From: Prochlorococcaceae cyanobacterium
GTDB taxonomy: Bacteria; Cyanobacteriota; Cyanobacteriia; PCC-6307; Cyanobiaceae
Reading direction: 5' to 3'
Assembly: GCA_040399325.1 (NCBI GenBank)
Contig: JBBASJ010000003.1
Span: 441-64,440 of the forward strand
DNA length: 64,000 nt
Both the position numbers and the translations under genes were made by a program. Numbering within the stretch: the first letter of the stretch is position 1; each line of letters begins with the position of its first letter. Below are positions 41,476-52,597 of the stretch, piece by piece. Under the pieces are notes generated by a model that saw nothing but the letters and a program-made list of their open reading frames with translations, made no database searches and was not told the origin of the DNA.

Positions 41476-42936
41476 ATGGGCATTGCCGCATGGCGCGAGC
41501 AACTGCGTTCTGGTGCGATCTCGGCCCGGGAGCTCACCGACCATCACCTGGATCGCATCGCTGCCGTTGATGGCACCGTGCACGCCTATCTGGAGGTGAC
41601 CGCCGAGCGGGCCAGGGCCGATGCCGACCGCGTCGATGCCGCCCGGGCCGCCGGTGAGGCCCTGCCGCCCCTGGCCGGCATTCCCCTGGCGATCAAGGAC
41701 AACCTCTGCACCAAGGGGATTGCCACCACCTGCTCCAGCCGCATGCTGGAGACGTTTGTGCCGCCCTACGAGTCGACGGTGACCGAGCGCCTGTGGCAGG
41801 CCGGTGCCGTGCTCCTGGGCAAGACCAATCTCGACGAGTTCGCCATGGGCAGCTCGACCGAGACCTCGGCCTTCGGCCCCAGCCGCAACCCCTGGAACCC
41901 CGCGCGGGTGCCCGGCGGCAGCTCAGGTGGCAGCGCCGCCGCGGTGGCCGCAGGCGAATGCATCGCGTCCCTGGGATCAGACACCGGCGGTTCGATCCGC
42001 CAGCCGGCCGCCTTCTGCGGCGTGGTCGGCTTCAAACCCACCTACGGCCGTGTGAGCCGCTGGGGCCTGGTGGCCTTCGCCAGCTCGCTCGACCAGGTGG
42101 GACCATTTAGCTCCAGCGTCGCCGACAGCGCCGAGCTGCTGCAGGTCATCGCCGGCGAGGACCCCCGCGACAGCACCTGCCTCAAGGCACCGGTGCCCGA
42201 CTACAGGGCCGCCCTGGAGCGCCCCGTGAAGGGTCTTCGGGTCGGTCTGATCAAGGAATGCTTCGACCAGCAAGGCCTGGACCCCGCCGTCAGAACCGCG
42301 GTGCTGGCGGCGGCGACCCAGCTGGAGGCCCTGGGCTGCGAACTGGTGGAGGTGAGCTGCCCCCGCTTCAACACCGGCATCGCCACTTACTACGTGATCG
42401 CCCCTTCGGAGGCGAGCGCCAACCTGGCCCGTTATGACGGCGTCAAATATGGCTTCCGGGCAGAGGGGGCAGACTCGCTGGCCGAGATGACCGCCCGCAG
42501 CCGCTCCGAAGGGTTCGGCGACGAGGTCAAGCGGCGCATCCTGATCGGCACCTACGCCCTTTCGGCCGGCTATGTCGACGCCTACTACAAGAAAGCCCAG
42601 CAGGTGAGGACCCTGATCCGCCGCGATTTCGACGCCGCCTTCGGCAGCGTCGACCTGCTGCTCACGCCGACCACACCCACCACGGCCTTTGCCTTTGGCG
42701 CCCACAGCGAGGACCCGCTGGCCATGTACCTGGCCGACCTGCTCACGATCCCGGCCAACCTGGCGGGTCTGCCGGCAATCAGCCTGCCCTGCGGCTTCGA
42801 TCCCCAGGGGCTGCCGATCGGTCTGCAGCTGATCGGCAACGTGCTGGCTGAAGAGCTGGTGCTGCAGCTGGCCCATCACTATGAGCAGGCCGCCCAGGTC
42901 ATGGCGCAGCGCCCCGAGGCCGAGCTGGCCGTCTGA
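41476..42936 (+). CDS. gatA: Asp-tRNA(Asn)/Glu-tRNA(Gln) amidotransferase subunit A
   Basis: Amidase signature [27 protein letters not shown]. The ATG at 41476 is preferred over the TTG at 41461. Confidence 0.9.
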   Translation: MGIAAWREQLRSGAISARELTDHHLDRIAAVDGTVHAYLEVTAERARADADRVDAARAAGEALPPLAGIPLAIKDNLCTKGIATTCSSRMLETFVPPYESTVTERLWQAGAVLLGKTNLDEFAMGSSTETSAFGPSRNPWNPARVPGGSSGGSAAAVAAGECIASLGSDTGGSIRQPAAFCGVVGFKPTYGRVSRWGLVAFASSLDQVGPFSSSVADSAELLQVIAGEDPRDSTCLKAPVPDYRAALERPVKGLRVGLIKECFDQQGLDPAVRTAVLAAATQLEALGCELVEVSCPRFNTGIATYYVIAPSEASANLARYDGVKYGFRAEGADSLAEMTARSRSEGFGDEVKRRILIGTYALSAGYVDAYYKKAQQVRTLIRRDFDAAFGSVDLLLTPTTPTTAFAFGAHSEDPLAMYLADLLTIPANLAGLPAISLPCGFDPQGLPIGLQLIGNVLAEELVLQLAHHYEQAAQVMAQRPEAELAV

Positions 42937-42941
42937 CGGGC

Positions 42942-42970
42942 GGGCACACCAGATCTGGTGTGCCCCTTTA
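42942..42970 (+). terminator. 24-nt perfect palindrome, possible gatA terminator
   Basis: GGGCACACCAGA/TCTGGTGTGCCC (42942..42965) followed by CTTTAA. The U-tract is short, so function is uncertain. Confidence 0.45.
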
Positions 42971-42995
42971 AGCTGGGGCCCCGTCAGGCCGCTCT

Positions 42996-45900
42996 GTGGT
43001 GTTTGTCCCCCTCCACAACCACAGTGACTACAGCCTGCTGGACGGGGCCAGCCAGCTGCCGGCCATGGTCGAGCGCGCCGTCGAGCTGGGCATGCCGGCC
43101 CTGGCCCTCACCGACCACGGCGTCATGTATGGCGCCATCGAACTGCTGAAGCTCTGCAGCAAAGCCGGCATCAAGCCGATCATCGGCAACGAGATGTATG
43201 TCATCAACGGCTCCCTTGATGACCCCAATCCACCCAAAAAGGAGCGCCGCTACCACCTGGTGGTGCTGGCCAAGAACGCGACCGGTTATCGCAATCTGGT
43301 CAAGCTCACCAGCATCAGCCATCTCAAGGGGATGCGGGGCCGCGGCATCTTTGCCCGCGCCTGCATCGACAAGGCCACCCTCAAGGCTCACAGTGAGGGT
43401 CTGATCATCGCCACCGCCTGCCTTGGCGGCGAGATCTCCCAGGCGATCCTGCGCGGCAGGCCCGAGGTGGCCCGCGAGGTGGCCCGCTGGTACCAGGAGG
43501 TGTTCGGCGGCGAGTTCTATCTGGAGATTCAGGATCACGGCGGCATCGAGGACCGCATCGTCAACACCGAGATCGCCAGGATCGGCAGTGAACTCGGCAT
43601 CGAGCTGATCGCCACCAACGATGCCCACTACCTGAGCGTCGGCGATGTGGAAGCCCACGACGCCCTGCTGTGCGTGCTCACCGGCAAGCTGATCAGCGAC
43701 GAAAAACGGCTCCGCTACACCGGAACCGAATACATCAAGAGCGAAGCCGAAATGCTGCAGCTCTTCGGCGATCACCTGGACGCAGGCGTGATCGAACGGG
43801 CGGTCGCCAACACCGCCCGGGTCGCCGACAAGGTCGAGGACTACGACATCCTCGGCCGCTACCAGATGCCGCGCTTTCCGATCCCGGATGGGTTCACGGC
43901 CCCCGGCTACCTGCGGCATGTGAGCGAGGAGGGCCTGCGCAGGCGTCTGGGGCTGGGCGATGGTGAAGCCTTTGAGGCGACCTACGGCGAACGGCTCGAT
44001 TTTGAGTTGCAGGTCATGGAGCAGATGGGCTTCCCCACCTACTTCCTGGTGGTGTGGGACTACATCCGCTTCGCCCGTGACAACGGCATCCCGGTTGGCC
44101 CCGGCCGCGGCTCGGCGGCGGGTTCGCTGGTGGCCTATGCCCTGGGCATCACCAACATCGACCCGGTCACCAACGGCCTGCTGTTCGAGCGCTTCCTGAA
44201 CCCCGAGCGCAAGTCGATGCCGGATATTGACACCGACTTCTGCATCGCCCGCCGCGGCGAGGTGATCGACTACGTCACCCGCCGCTACGGCGACGACAAG
44301 GTGGCCCAGATCATCACCTTCAACCGCATGACGTCGAAGGCGGTGCTCAAGGACGTCGCCCGGGTGCTCGATATTCCCTATGGCGATGCCGACCGGCTGG
44401 CCAAGCTGATCCCGGTGGTGCGGGGCAAACCCGCCAAGCTCAAGGAGATGATCGGCGACGAATCGCCGGCTCCCGAGTTTCGCGACAAGTATCAGAACGA
44501 CCCCCAGGTGAAGCACTGGGTCGATCTGGCCATGCGCATCGAAGGCACCAACAAAACCTTCGGTGTGCATGCCGCCGGTGTGGTGATCGCCGCCGATCCA
44601 CTCGATGAACTGGTGCCGTTGCAGCGCAACAACGACGGCCAGGTGATCACCCAGTACTTCATGGAGGACGTGGAGTCGATGGGGCTGCTGAAGATGGACT
44701 TCCTCGGCCTCAAGAACCTGACGATGATCGACAAGACCATCGATCTGGTGGCCAGCAGCTGTGGCGAAACGGTGGATCCCGACGCTCTGCCTCTGGATGA
44801 CGAAGCCACCTACGGCCTGCTGGCCCGCGGTGATCTGGAAGGCATCTTCCAGCTCGAATCGAGCGGCATGCGCCAGATCGTGCGCGACCTCAAACCCTCG
44901 TCGCTGGAGGACATCTCCTCGATCCTGGCCCTGTACCGGCCGGGCCCGCTCGACGCCGGTCTGATCCCCAAGTTCATCAACCGCAAGCACGGCCGCGAGG
45001 CGATCGACTTCGCCCACGAGAAGCTTCAGCCGATCCTCAAGGAGACCTACGGAATCATGGTCTACCAGGAGCAGATCATGAAGATCGCCCAGGACCTGGC
45101 GGGTTACTCACTCGGGGAAGCCGACCTGCTGCGGCGGGCCATGGGCAAGAAGAAGAAGAGCGAAATGGAAAAGCACCAGAGCGTTTTCGTCAACGGTGCC
45201 AGCGAGCGAGGCGTCGATCCCAAGCTCGCCGAAGGCCTGTTCGAGCAGATGGTGCTGTTCGCCGAATACTGCTTCAACAAGAGCCACTCGACCGCCTATG
45301 GCGCGGTGACCTACCAGACGGCCTACCTCAAGGCCCACTACCCGGTGGCCTACATGGCCGCCCTGCTCACGGTCAATGCCGGCGACAGCGCCAAGGTGCA
45401 GCGCTACATCGCCAACTGCAATGCGATGGGCATTGAGGTGATGCCACCCGACATCAACGCCTCTGGCATCGACTTCACCCCGGTCGAAGGGCGCATCCTG
45501 TTCGGTCTTTCGGCGATCCGCAACCTGGGCGAGGGTGCCATTCGCCAGCTGCTCGAGAGTCGCCGTGCCGATGGTCCGTTCAGCTGCCTGGGCGAGCTGT
45601 GCGACCGGATCCCAGGCCAGCAACTCAACCGCCGCGCGCTGGAGGCCCTGATTCACTCGGGCGCTCTCGATGCGCTCGAGCCCAGGGCCAACCGGGCCCA
45701 GCTGATGGCCGACCTTGATCTGGTGCTCGACTGGGCCAGTTCGAGGGCCCGCGACCGGGCCAGCGGCCAGGGCAACCTGCTCGACCTGCTGGGTGGGGGT
45801 GGCGCCGACGGATCGGCGATCCCGGCCAGTTCCGCCGCGACGGCCCCCAAGGCCGCCCCGGTGAGCGACTATCCCAGCAATGAAAAACTGCGTCTCGAGA

Positions 45901-46529
45901 AGGAGCTGGTGGGCTTCTATCTGTCGGACCATCCGCTCAAGCAGCTGAGCCGCCCCGTGCAGCTGCTCTCCCCCCTGGCCCTGGCAGCCCTGGAGGAACA
46001 GGCCGACAAGGCCAAGGTGAGTGCGGTGGTGATGGTGAGCGAGGTTCGCCAGGTCACCACCCGCAAGGGCGACCGCATGGCGGTGCTGCAGCTCGAAGAC
46101 CTCAGCGGCAGCTGCGAAGCCGTGGTCTTTCCCAAGACCTACGCCCGCCTGGCCGACCATCTGCTGACCGACACCCGGTTGCTGCTCTGGGCCTCGGTCG
46201 ACCGTCGCGACGAACGGGTGCAGCTGATCGTCGACGACTGCCGGGTGATCGACGAACTCAAATTGTTGATGGTGGAGCTGCCGGCCGATGACGCCGCCGA
46301 CATCACCATTCAGCACCGCCTGCGTGAATGCCTGCAGCGGCACCGCCCGGGTCAGGAGGACTCGGCCGCTGCCCGGGTGCCGGTGGTGGCCCTGGTGCGA
46401 GACAACGACAGCCTGCGCTACGTGCGCCTGGGCCCCCAGTTCTGCGTCGACAACCCGATGGCCGCCATGGCGACCCTGAATGAGGCCGCCTTTGCTGCCC
46501 GGGTCAGTTCACCCCTGCTGGCCGCCTGA
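42996..46529 (+). CDS. dnaE: DNA polymerase III alpha subunit (contiguous, no split intein)
   Basis: 1177 aa with a PHP N-terminus ([17 protein letters not shown]), a polymerase core ([26 protein letters not shown]) and a C-terminal OB region. Confidence 0.95.
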   Translation: MVFVPLHNHSDYSLLDGASQLPAMVERAVELGMPALALTDHGVMYGAIELLKLCSKAGIKPIIGNEMYVINGSLDDPNPPKKERRYHLVVLAKNATGYRNLVKLTSISHLKGMRGRGIFARACIDKATLKAHSEGLIIATACLGGEISQAILRGRPEVAREVARWYQEVFGGEFYLEIQDHGGIEDRIVNTEIARIGSELGIELIATNDAHYLSVGDVEAHDALLCVLTGKLISDEKRLRYTGTEYIKSEAEMLQLFGDHLDAGVIERAVANTARVADKVEDYDILGRYQMPRFPIPDGFTAPGYLRHVSEEGLRRRLGLGDGEAFEATYGERLDFELQVMEQMGFPTYFLVVWDYIRFARDNGIPVGPGRGSAAGSLVAYALGITNIDPVTNGLLFERFLNPERKSMPDIDTDFCIARRGEVIDYVTRRYGDDKVAQIITFNRMTSKAVLKDVARVLDIPYGDADRLAKLIPVVRGKPAKLKEMIGDESPAPEFRDKYQNDPQVKHWVDLAMRIEGTNKTFGVHAAGVVIAADPLDELVPLQRNNDGQVITQYFMEDVESMGLLKMDFLGLKNLTMIDKTIDLVASSCGETVDPDALPLDDEATYGLLARGDLEGIFQLESSGMRQIVRDLKPSSLEDISSILALYRPGPLDAGLIPKFINRKHGREAIDFAHEKLQPILKETYGIMVYQEQIMKIAQDLAGYSLGEADLLRRAMGKKKKSEMEKHQSVFVNGASERGVDPKLAEGLFEQMVLFAEYCFNKSHSTAYGAVTYQTAYLKAHYPVAYMAALLTVNAGDSAKVQRYIANCNAMGIEVMPPDINASGIDFTPVEGRILFGLSAIRNLGEGAIRQLLESRRADGPFSCLGELCDRIPGQQLNRRALEALIHSGALDALEPRANRAQLMADLDLVLDWASSRARDRASGQGNLLDLLGGGGADGSAIPASSAATAPKAAPVSDYPSNEKLRLEKELVGFYLSDHPLKQLSRPVQLLSPLALAALEEQADKAKVSAVVMVSEVRQVTTRKGDRMAVLQLEDLSGSCEAVVFPKTYARLADHLLTDTRLLLWASVDRRDERVQLIVDDCRVIDELKLLMVELPADDAADITIQHRLRECLQRHRPGQEDSAAARVPVVALVRDNDSLRYVRLGPQFCVDNPMAAMATLNEAAFAARVSSPLLAA

Positions 46530-46925
46530 TCGCATGGCCCGCACCGACTGCCGCAGGCGGCCGATGTTGAGTCCCAGCTGTTCGGTACCCAGCAGGGTGC
46601 CGGGTTCAGGCTCCCAGCTGGCCGAGAGCACGCCATAGCTGAGACCGAGCACCCCCAACAGAAAGAATCCGCCTGAGGCGATCAGGGTGACGCCGGTGGG
46701 GACCTCGATGATCTGACGGCTGATCAGCAGGTAGCTGACCACGAACACCGCCATTCCCATCACCGAGGGAATACCGCTGGCCACGGCGATGCGCCGGGCC
46801 ATGCGGTTGGCGACCACATCGGGAATTCCCGACTGTCGCCCGGTTCCGGATTGGCCGGCTCCGCCTTTGGAGCGGGCTCCTGACCGAGCGGCCGGTGGCT
46901 GGGGACCGAGGCCCTTGGACGCCAT
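46509..46925 (-). CDS. PAM68-like photosystem II assembly factor (DUF3464)
   Basis: Basic N-terminus, then [34 protein letters not shown] and a second TM helix, as in PAM68/Sll0933. Confidence 0.75.
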   Translation of the reverse strand: MASKGLGPQPPAARSGARSKGGAGQSGTGRQSGIPDVVANRMARRIAVASGIPSVMGMAVFVVSYLLISRQIIEVPTGVTLIASGGFFLLGVLGLSYGVLSASWEPEPGTLLGTEQLGLNIGRLRQSVRAMRSGGQQG

Positions 46926-46936
46926 GGGGACACGCC

Positions 46937-47206
46937 TCAGCCGCGAATGCCGAGCTTGCTGATCAGCTGGCTGTAGCGGTCTTGGCTGATGCCGCGCAGA
47001 TAGCCGAGCAGGCGCTTGCGGCGACCGATCATCTTGAGCAGGCCCTGGCGCGAGGAAAAGTCGTGCTTGTTGGCCTGCAGGTGGCCGGTCAGCTGGCTGA
47101 TGCGCTCACTCAACATGGCCACCTGGACCTCGACCGATCCGGTGTCGGACCCGTGGGTCTGGTGGTTGTTGATGAGTTCCTGCTTCTTGGTCGTGGTCAG
47201 CGGCAT
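46937..47206 (-). CDS. rpsO: 30S ribosomal protein S15
   Basis: [70 protein letters not shown].., 89 aa from the ATG (cat at 47204..47206). Confidence 0.95.
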   Translation of the reverse strand: MPLTTTKKQELINNHQTHGSDTGSVEVQVAMLSERISQLTGHLQANKHDFSSRQGLLKMIGRRKRLLGYLRGISQDRYSQLISKLGIRG

Positions 47207-47268
47207 GGGCGGCTCAGGGCGCCCGCGGCGGCCCCGTACACAGCAAACAACCATCCTACGACCTGGAG

Positions 47269-47946
47269 TCAGGCTGCATCGCGGGACAACCAGCGAAGGC
47301 AGGCCCTGATCCAGCCATCGGGATCGTCGGGTAAGCCCTCGCCATCGGGGCCCTGCCCCCGGGCCGCCACCGCCCGCATCGCCCGCTGAATCTCGAGGGC
47401 CTCATAGCCCAGGGCAGCCAGGGTGAGGCGCACCTCTTCGCGGCCGGAGCCACTCAGGGCTGGCTCGTGCTCCAGCCCGGCATCGGCATCGTCGGCCTCG
47501 CCATCGAAAGCGTCGACCAGGTCGCTGAAACGCTGCTGCAAGCGGCTGCGCAGCTCCACGGAGAGACGCTCAGCCGTGCGCTTGCCGACGCCGGGAGCCT
47601 GGGCCAGGCAGCGCAGATCGGCCTGGATGATTGCCGCGACCAGCGCCCGCGGCGCCAGCTCGCCCAGCAGGGCGAGGCCCACCTGGGGGCCCACGCCGCT
47701 GACGGCCACCAGCTCGCGGAACAGATCCCGTTCGCAGCGTTCGGCAAATCCGTACAGCGACCAGCCGTCATCGCGGATGATGTGGTGGACGTGCAGGGTG
47801 AGCCTGGCGCCCTGCGGCGGCAGCTCAGCAAACTGGCGGCGGCTGAGCTGGACCTCGTAACCCACACCGGCCACCACCAGCACCACGCCAAACCGGTTGG
47901 CCTGCTGCCAAGGATCCTGAACCTGCCCCTGCAGCCAACCGATCAT
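47269..47946 (-). CDS. ruvA: Holliday junction branch-migration complex subunit RuvA
   Basis: [48 protein letters not shown]. The start is at cat 47944..47946; the upstream part of the track ORF is rejected. Confidence 0.85.
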   Translation of the reverse strand: MIGWLQGQVQDPWQQANRFGVVLVVAGVGYEVQLSRRQFAELPPQGARLTLHVHHIIRDDGWSLYGFAERCERDLFRELVAVSGVGPQVGLALLGELAPRALVAAIIQADLRCLAQAPGVGKRTAERLSVELRSRLQQRFSDLVDAFDGEADDADAGLEHEPALSGSGREEVRLTLAALGYEALEIQRAMRAVAARGQGPDGEGLPDDPDGWIRACLRWLSRDAA

Positions 47947-47967
47947 CGTCGCCGTTTCACTGCCCCC

Positions 47968-48435
47968 ATGCTGCCCGCCCTGCCAAGCCCCAGACCCTGG
48001 CAGCCCTGGCGGGCCCTGAAGCGGCTGGCGGTGCTGGCCCTGCTGCTGCTGATGCCCCTGGGCCTCTCGGGCTGCGGCCGTGGCGGCGCCCCACCCCAGG
48101 CCACCGTGCAGAGCGCCCTGGCCCTGCAGATCGAACTGACCCAGGGCGCGATCGCCGCGGCCCTGGATCTGCCCCCGGCCGGCACCCCCCGGGTGAGCCA
48201 TGTGCGCATCGAGCGACGCAGCGGCGTGCGCATCGGCGCAGGGCAGGGTCTGCAGCTTGAAGGGCATTTCGACTGGCAGCTGGCAAATGACCCGGTCAAG
48301 GTCGACAGCCCCTTTGAGATCTATCTGCAGCGCGGCGAACGCGGACAGAGCTGGCGACTGGCCCGGCCCGGCGGCGGCGATGCCGAGGGTCAGGCCCAGC
48401 AGTGGCTGATTGATCCCCTGCCGATCAGGAGCTGA
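47968..48435 (+). CDS. hypothetical lipoprotein
   Basis: ATG at 47968, with a signal peptide ending in the lipobox LSGC. Confidence 0.55.
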   Translation: MLPALPSPRPWQPWRALKRLAVLALLLLMPLGLSGCGRGGAPPQATVQSALALQIELTQGAIAAALDLPPAGTPRVSHVRIERRSGVRIGAGQGLQLEGHFDWQLANDPVKVDSPFEIYLQRGERGQSWRLARPGGGDAEGQAQQWLIDPLPIRS

Positions 48436-49321
48436 GCAGGCGGCGGTCGCTCTGGCTGATCAACGTGGCCGCCAGCACCAGCAGGGCACCCCAGAGGGTG
48501 GCGGTGCCCAGCGGCTCGGCAAAGACCAGCCAGCCAAGCAGCACGGCAAAGGCGACCTGCACGTAGCTGATCGCCGTTGCCCGCGCAGCCGGCAGGGCCG
48601 TGAGGCCCTGGGTCAGGTAGACCTGCCCCAGCTGGGTGAACACCCCCACACCGAGCAGGGCCAGCAGCTCGCGCATGGTGGGCAGCACCGGATCGATGAG
48701 CACCGGCGGCAGCGTCAACACCAGCGCCACCAGGGGGAAATAAAAGACGATCACCAGCGGATGCTCGCTGTGGCGCAGGGAGCGCACACTCACGTAGGCC
48801 AAAGCCGTGCTGAAGGCCCCCAGCAGCGCCACGAGCACCGCCAGGGGGGGCAGCGACGGCCCGCCACCCCCAAGCGCCGCCGGCAGCAACCAGCCGGGGC
48901 TGGCCAGAAGCACCACCCCCAGCCAGCCCAGGGCAACGGCCAGCAGCACCCGTTTGCCGATGGGTTCACCCAGGTGCAACCAGGCCAGCAGAGCGGTGAA
49001 GGTGGGGTAGCTGTACTGCAGCACGGTGGCGGCAGCCAGCGGCAGCAGCGCCAGGGCGCGGTAGACGCACAGCAGCGCCAGGGTGCCGATGGCGCCGCGC
49101 CAGATCAGCAGCCAGCGGTGGTGTCCCCAGGGCGCCACACCGGCCCGGCGCAGCAACCACCAGCTGAGCACCAGGCTGACCACCGCCCGGGCCAGCACCA
49201 CCTCGGCCACCGGTATGCGGCCGCCCACCAGCTTCACGCACACCCCCATGAGCGCGAAGAACAGGGCACTGACCACCATGGCCCAGGCCGCGGGGATCGA
49301 CGTCTGGGGGGCGATCGTCAT
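48425..49321 (-). CDS. DMT-superfamily (EamA-like) transporter
   Basis: 298 aa with ten predicted TM helices in two EamA-like halves. Confidence 0.8.
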   Translation of the reverse strand: MTIAPQTSIPAAWAMVVSALFFALMGVCVKLVGGRIPVAEVVLARAVVSLVLSWWLLRRAGVAPWGHHRWLLIWRGAIGTLALLCVYRALALLPLAAATVLQYSYPTFTALLAWLHLGEPIGKRVLLAVALGWLGVVLLASPGWLLPAALGGGGPSLPPLAVLVALLGAFSTALAYVSVRSLRHSEHPLVIVFYFPLVALVLTLPPVLIDPVLPTMRELLALLGVGVFTQLGQVYLTQGLTALPAARATAISYVQVAFAVLLGWLVFAEPLGTATLWGALLVLAATLISQSDRRLLSS

Positions 49322-49392
49322 CGAACCATCGAAGCACTGACGATCGGCCGTAGCGTGGCTACAAGACCCCTGTCGCCCAGACCGACCCGTTT

Positions 49393-49686
49393 GTGATCCC
49401 TCGCTTCGGCAACCTTGCCCTAACAGCCCTGGCGGCCCTGAGCCTGGCCCTGTTGCCCCGCTCGGGTGACGCCCAGGTGGGCTCCAACATGAAGGATCAG
49501 ATGATCTTTCACTTCTGCAGCAAGGCGATGACGGCCGACCTCGAAAAGGCCGGCAAGACGCCCCCCAGCGGCATGGTCGACCACACCTGCGCCTGCGTGG
49601 TGCAACAGATCAACGGCCGTGCCTCGATCGAGCAGGCCAAGGCGATCTGCCAGGCCCAGGCCCAGCAGAAGTACGCGCTGCAGTAA
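49393..49686 (+). CDS. small secreted Cys-containing hypothetical protein
   Basis: Signal peptide (ALTALAALSLALLPRSGDAQ) and four Cys residues. No family recognised. Confidence 0.45.
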   Translation: MIPRFGNLALTALAALSLALLPRSGDAQVGSNMKDQMIFHFCSKAMTADLEKAGKTPPSGMVDHTCACVVQQINGRASIEQAKAICQAQAQQKYALQ

Positions 49687-49692
49687 CCGCCG

Positions 49693-51774
49693 TTGAGCCA
49701 ACCGCGCCTGCACCCCCGCACGATCGAGGCCGTCAAGGAGCGAGCCGACATCGTTGATGTGGTCGGTGAGCACGTGGTGCTCAAGAAAAAAGGTCGTGAA
49801 TTTGTCGGCATCTGCCCCTTTCACGACGACAAGTCGCCGTCGATGACCGTGTCACCGGCGAAGCAGTTCTATTACTGCTTTTCCTGCGGCGCCGGTGGCA
49901 ACGCCATCAAGTTCCTGATGGAACTGCAGCGCACCAGCTTCAGCGAGGTGGTGCTGGAGCTGGCGCGCAAATACCAGCTGCCGGTCGAGACCCTCGACGG
50001 CCCCCAGCAGGAGCGCCTGCGTCAGCAACTGTCGCGGCGCGAGCAGCTGCATCGGGTGATGACGCTGGCCGCGGGGTTCTTTCGCACGGCGCTGCAACAG
50101 CCCCAGGGACAGGCCGCGCTCAGCTACCTGCGGGAACAACGGGGCCTGCAACCGGCCACGATCGACGCGTTCGGGCTCGGCTATGCCCCCGAAGGCTGGG
50201 ACGGACTGCTCAACCATCTGCAGCGGGTCGAGGGCCTCGCCCCCGAACTGCTGGAGGCCGCGGGTCTGGTGGTCGCCCGCAAGGGCGGTGAGGGGTTCTA
50301 CGACCGCTTCCGCCACCGTTTGATGGTGCCGATCAAGGACCGTCAGGGCAGGGTGATCGGCTTTGGCGGCCGCAGCCTGGATGGCAGCGAACCGAAATAC
50401 CTCAACTCACCCGAGACCGAACTGTTTGAGAAGGGGAAGCACCTGTTCGGGCTCGATCTGGCCGCCGACGCCATTCGCCGCGATGACCGGGCTGTGGTGG
50501 TGGAGGGGTATTTCGATGTGATCGCGCTCCACGCCGCGGGCATCAGCAACGCGGTCGCCGCGCTGGGCACGGCGCTCAGCAGCCAGCAGATCACCCAGCT
50601 CTGCCGTTGCTGCGACAGCAAACGACTGATCCTCAACTTCGATGCCGACGGTGCCGGGGTGCGTGCCGCCCAGCGGGCCATCGGCGAGGTCGAGCAACTC
50701 GCCCTGCAGGGGCAGCTGGAGCTGCGGGTGCTGCAACTGCCGGCAGGCAAAGATCCCGATGAGTACCTCAAGCAGCACGGCCCGGGCGACTACCGCGCCC
50801 TGCTCGATCAGGCGCCGCTGTGGCTCGACTGGCAGATCGAACAGGTGCTGGCGGGGCTGGATCTGAGCCGCTCCGACCAGTTCCAGCGGGCCGTCGGCGG
50901 GGTGGTGGGCCTGCTGGGCAAGCTGCCGGTGAGCGCGGTGCGCAGCCGCTATCTGCAGCAGGTGGCCGAGCGCCTGGCAGGAGGGCAGGCGCGCCTGGCT
51001 CTGCAACTCGAAGAGGACCTGCGTCAGCAGGTCAAGGGCCAGCGCTGGCACGGCCGCTCCAGCCGCTGGGAAGGCCCGGGCGAAGCCGGCCTGCGCGAGC
51101 GGGCCGAAGCCGAGATCCTGCGGCTCTACCTGCATTGCCCCACCGAGCGGGCCGCGATTCGCCAGGAGCTGCACCGCCGCGAGCTCGAGGACTTTGCACT
51201 GCAGCACCATCGCCTGCTGTGGGCCGCGATCAGCACCCTCGAAGAGGACAACCTGGGCAATGGTCAGCTCGAGGCGATCAGCCGCGGCCACGCCGATGGC
51301 CATGCCCTTGCCGACCTTGATCTACCTCGGCTCCTGGGCGATCAGCTGCTGATCGATCAGGGCGAACTGCTCAACCGGCTCACGCCGCTGCTCGAACCCA
51401 CCGAGGTGCAGCGCGCGGCCCTGGGCCAGCCCCTGCTGCAGCTGCGCGGGGCGGCCGCCACCCTGGAGCGGCAGAAAAGCCTCAAGCGCTGCAGGCATCT
51501 GCTGGACGCCTGGAGCAGCCAGCGTCTCAAAACCCTGGAGACCTGCATCGCCCGGCTGCTGCAGGAGGGCGAGGGCACAGGGGCGGGCCCCGCCAACCCC
51601 ACGGCCACCAATCCGGGGCTCGACATGGAGGCCCGGATCGACAGCCTCTTCGCTGAGCTGAACCGGGATGCCCTGCGCTTTCAGACGCTGTACTACAGCG
51701 AGCGCAAACATGTGGAGCATCTCGACGATCAGCGCCGCGCCCGGCTGCACGAGGTGGCAACGGCGCCACAATGA
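49693..51774 (+). CDS. dnaG: DNA primase
   Basis: Zinc ribbon CPFHDDKSPSMTVSP..YYCFSCGAGGN and TOPRIM VVVEGYFDVIAL. TTG start. Confidence 0.9.
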   Translation: MSQPRLHPRTIEAVKERADIVDVVGEHVVLKKKGREFVGICPFHDDKSPSMTVSPAKQFYYCFSCGAGGNAIKFLMELQRTSFSEVVLELARKYQLPVETLDGPQQERLRQQLSRREQLHRVMTLAAGFFRTALQQPQGQAALSYLREQRGLQPATIDAFGLGYAPEGWDGLLNHLQRVEGLAPELLEAAGLVVARKGGEGFYDRFRHRLMVPIKDRQGRVIGFGGRSLDGSEPKYLNSPETELFEKGKHLFGLDLAADAIRRDDRAVVVEGYFDVIALHAAGISNAVAALGTALSSQQITQLCRCCDSKRLILNFDADGAGVRAAQRAIGEVEQLALQGQLELRVLQLPAGKDPDEYLKQHGPGDYRALLDQAPLWLDWQIEQVLAGLDLSRSDQFQRAVGGVVGLLGKLPVSAVRSRYLQQVAERLAGGQARLALQLEEDLRQQVKGQRWHGRSSRWEGPGEAGLRERAEAEILRLYLHCPTERAAIRQELHRRELEDFALQHHRLLWAAISTLEEDNLGNGQLEAISRGHADGHALADLDLPRLLGDQLLIDQGELLNRLTPLLEPTEVQRAALGQPLLQLRGAAATLERQKSLKRCRHLLDAWSSQRLKTLETCIARLLQEGEGTGAGPANPTATNPGLDMEARIDSLFAELNRDALRFQTLYYSERKHVEHLDDQRRARLHEVATAPQ

Positions 51775-51793
51775 GACGGCGCCGCAATGAGGC

Positions 51794-52201
51794 GTGATCG
51801 TCACCCCCCACGGCCAAGCGATGGTTCTGCGTTCTTCTGCCCTGCTCCTGGGTCTTGGGCTGCTCACGGGTGCACCGGCAGCCCTGCACGCCCAGGGCCT
51901 GGTGCCCGACAGCCAGATTCGGGCCATCAACACCGCCCGCAATGCTGCGGTGACTGCCAACGGAGGGCTCTCGGTCTACCGGCCCGCCAAGTGCATGTTT
52001 GAGACCACCAATCCGTTCAACAAGTGCCTGATCAGCAACGATGACAACGGCTTCGTCTTTCGCTTTCTGGGAGGTCCTCCCGGCTGGCAGCAACTGAACC
52101 TGCAGCCCACCCTGCAGACCCAGATCCGCATCTCCAGCGATGGCCGCACCGTGCTGCAGACCATCTACAACGGCCCGCCGCAGTCCAACGGGCAGCAGTG
52201 A
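51794..52201 (+). CDS. secreted hypothetical protein
   Basis: Signal peptide (MVLRSSALLLGLGLLTGAPAALHA) and two Cys residues. No family recognised. Confidence 0.5.
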   Translation: MIVTPHGQAMVLRSSALLLGLGLLTGAPAALHAQGLVPDSQIRAINTARNAAVTANGGLSVYRPAKCMFETTNPFNKCLISNDDNGFVFRFLGGPPGWQQLNLQPTLQTQIRISSDGRTVLQTIYNGPPQSNGQQ

Positions 52202-52233
52202 CACAATGGATTCTCGTCAGAAGCCCAGGCTGA

Positions 52234-52566
52234 ATGGCTTGCCCACGCTGCGGCTGCCGCATCATCAGCAAGCTGGGTAAGGGCCACGCCGGTCAGCTGA
52301 TCTGTGCCGACTGCGGCCTGGATCTGACCACGAAGCTGGCGCTTCAGCGCAACGGCACCGGCCTGGGCAGCCAGTTCATGACGATCGTCCTGATCACCGT
52401 TTTCGGCATCACAGCGATCGCGTTGATGGTGATCAAGGACCGTCGCCCCGAGAGCCTGGATCCAGGCACTGCGGCCACGGTTGATCTCAACAAACCCCGT
52501 GACGGCGAGCGGGGCCCGTTGCGTTTGATCATCGTGCCGCGTCTGCCCGGACGGCTGAATCCCTGA
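52234..52566 (+). CDS. zinc-ribbon membrane protein, hypothetical
   Basis: CPRC..17 aa..CADC N-terminus, followed by one TM helix (FMTIVLITVFGITAIALMVI). Confidence 0.5.
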   Translation: MACPRCGCRIISKLGKGHAGQLICADCGLDLTTKLALQRNGTGLGSQFMTIVLITVFGITAIALMVIKDRRPESLDPGTAATVDLNKPRDGERGPLRLIIVPRLPGRLNP

Positions 52567-52597
52567 GGGCTTCACGGACAGGGCCTCAGTGAGCGCG

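Noticed and set aside
42984-45017. 677-aa ORF on the minus strand
   Set aside because: It is entirely antisense to dnaE, which has unmistakable Pol III alpha motifs. Its Gly/Asp/His/Ala/Val-rich composition is typical of a shadow frame in high-GC DNA.
42996-46529. Checked dnaE for the split-intein arrangement known in some cyanobacteria
   Set aside because: The ORF is contiguous (1177 aa) with PHP, polymerase core and OB regions in one frame. No intein-like insertion is evident.
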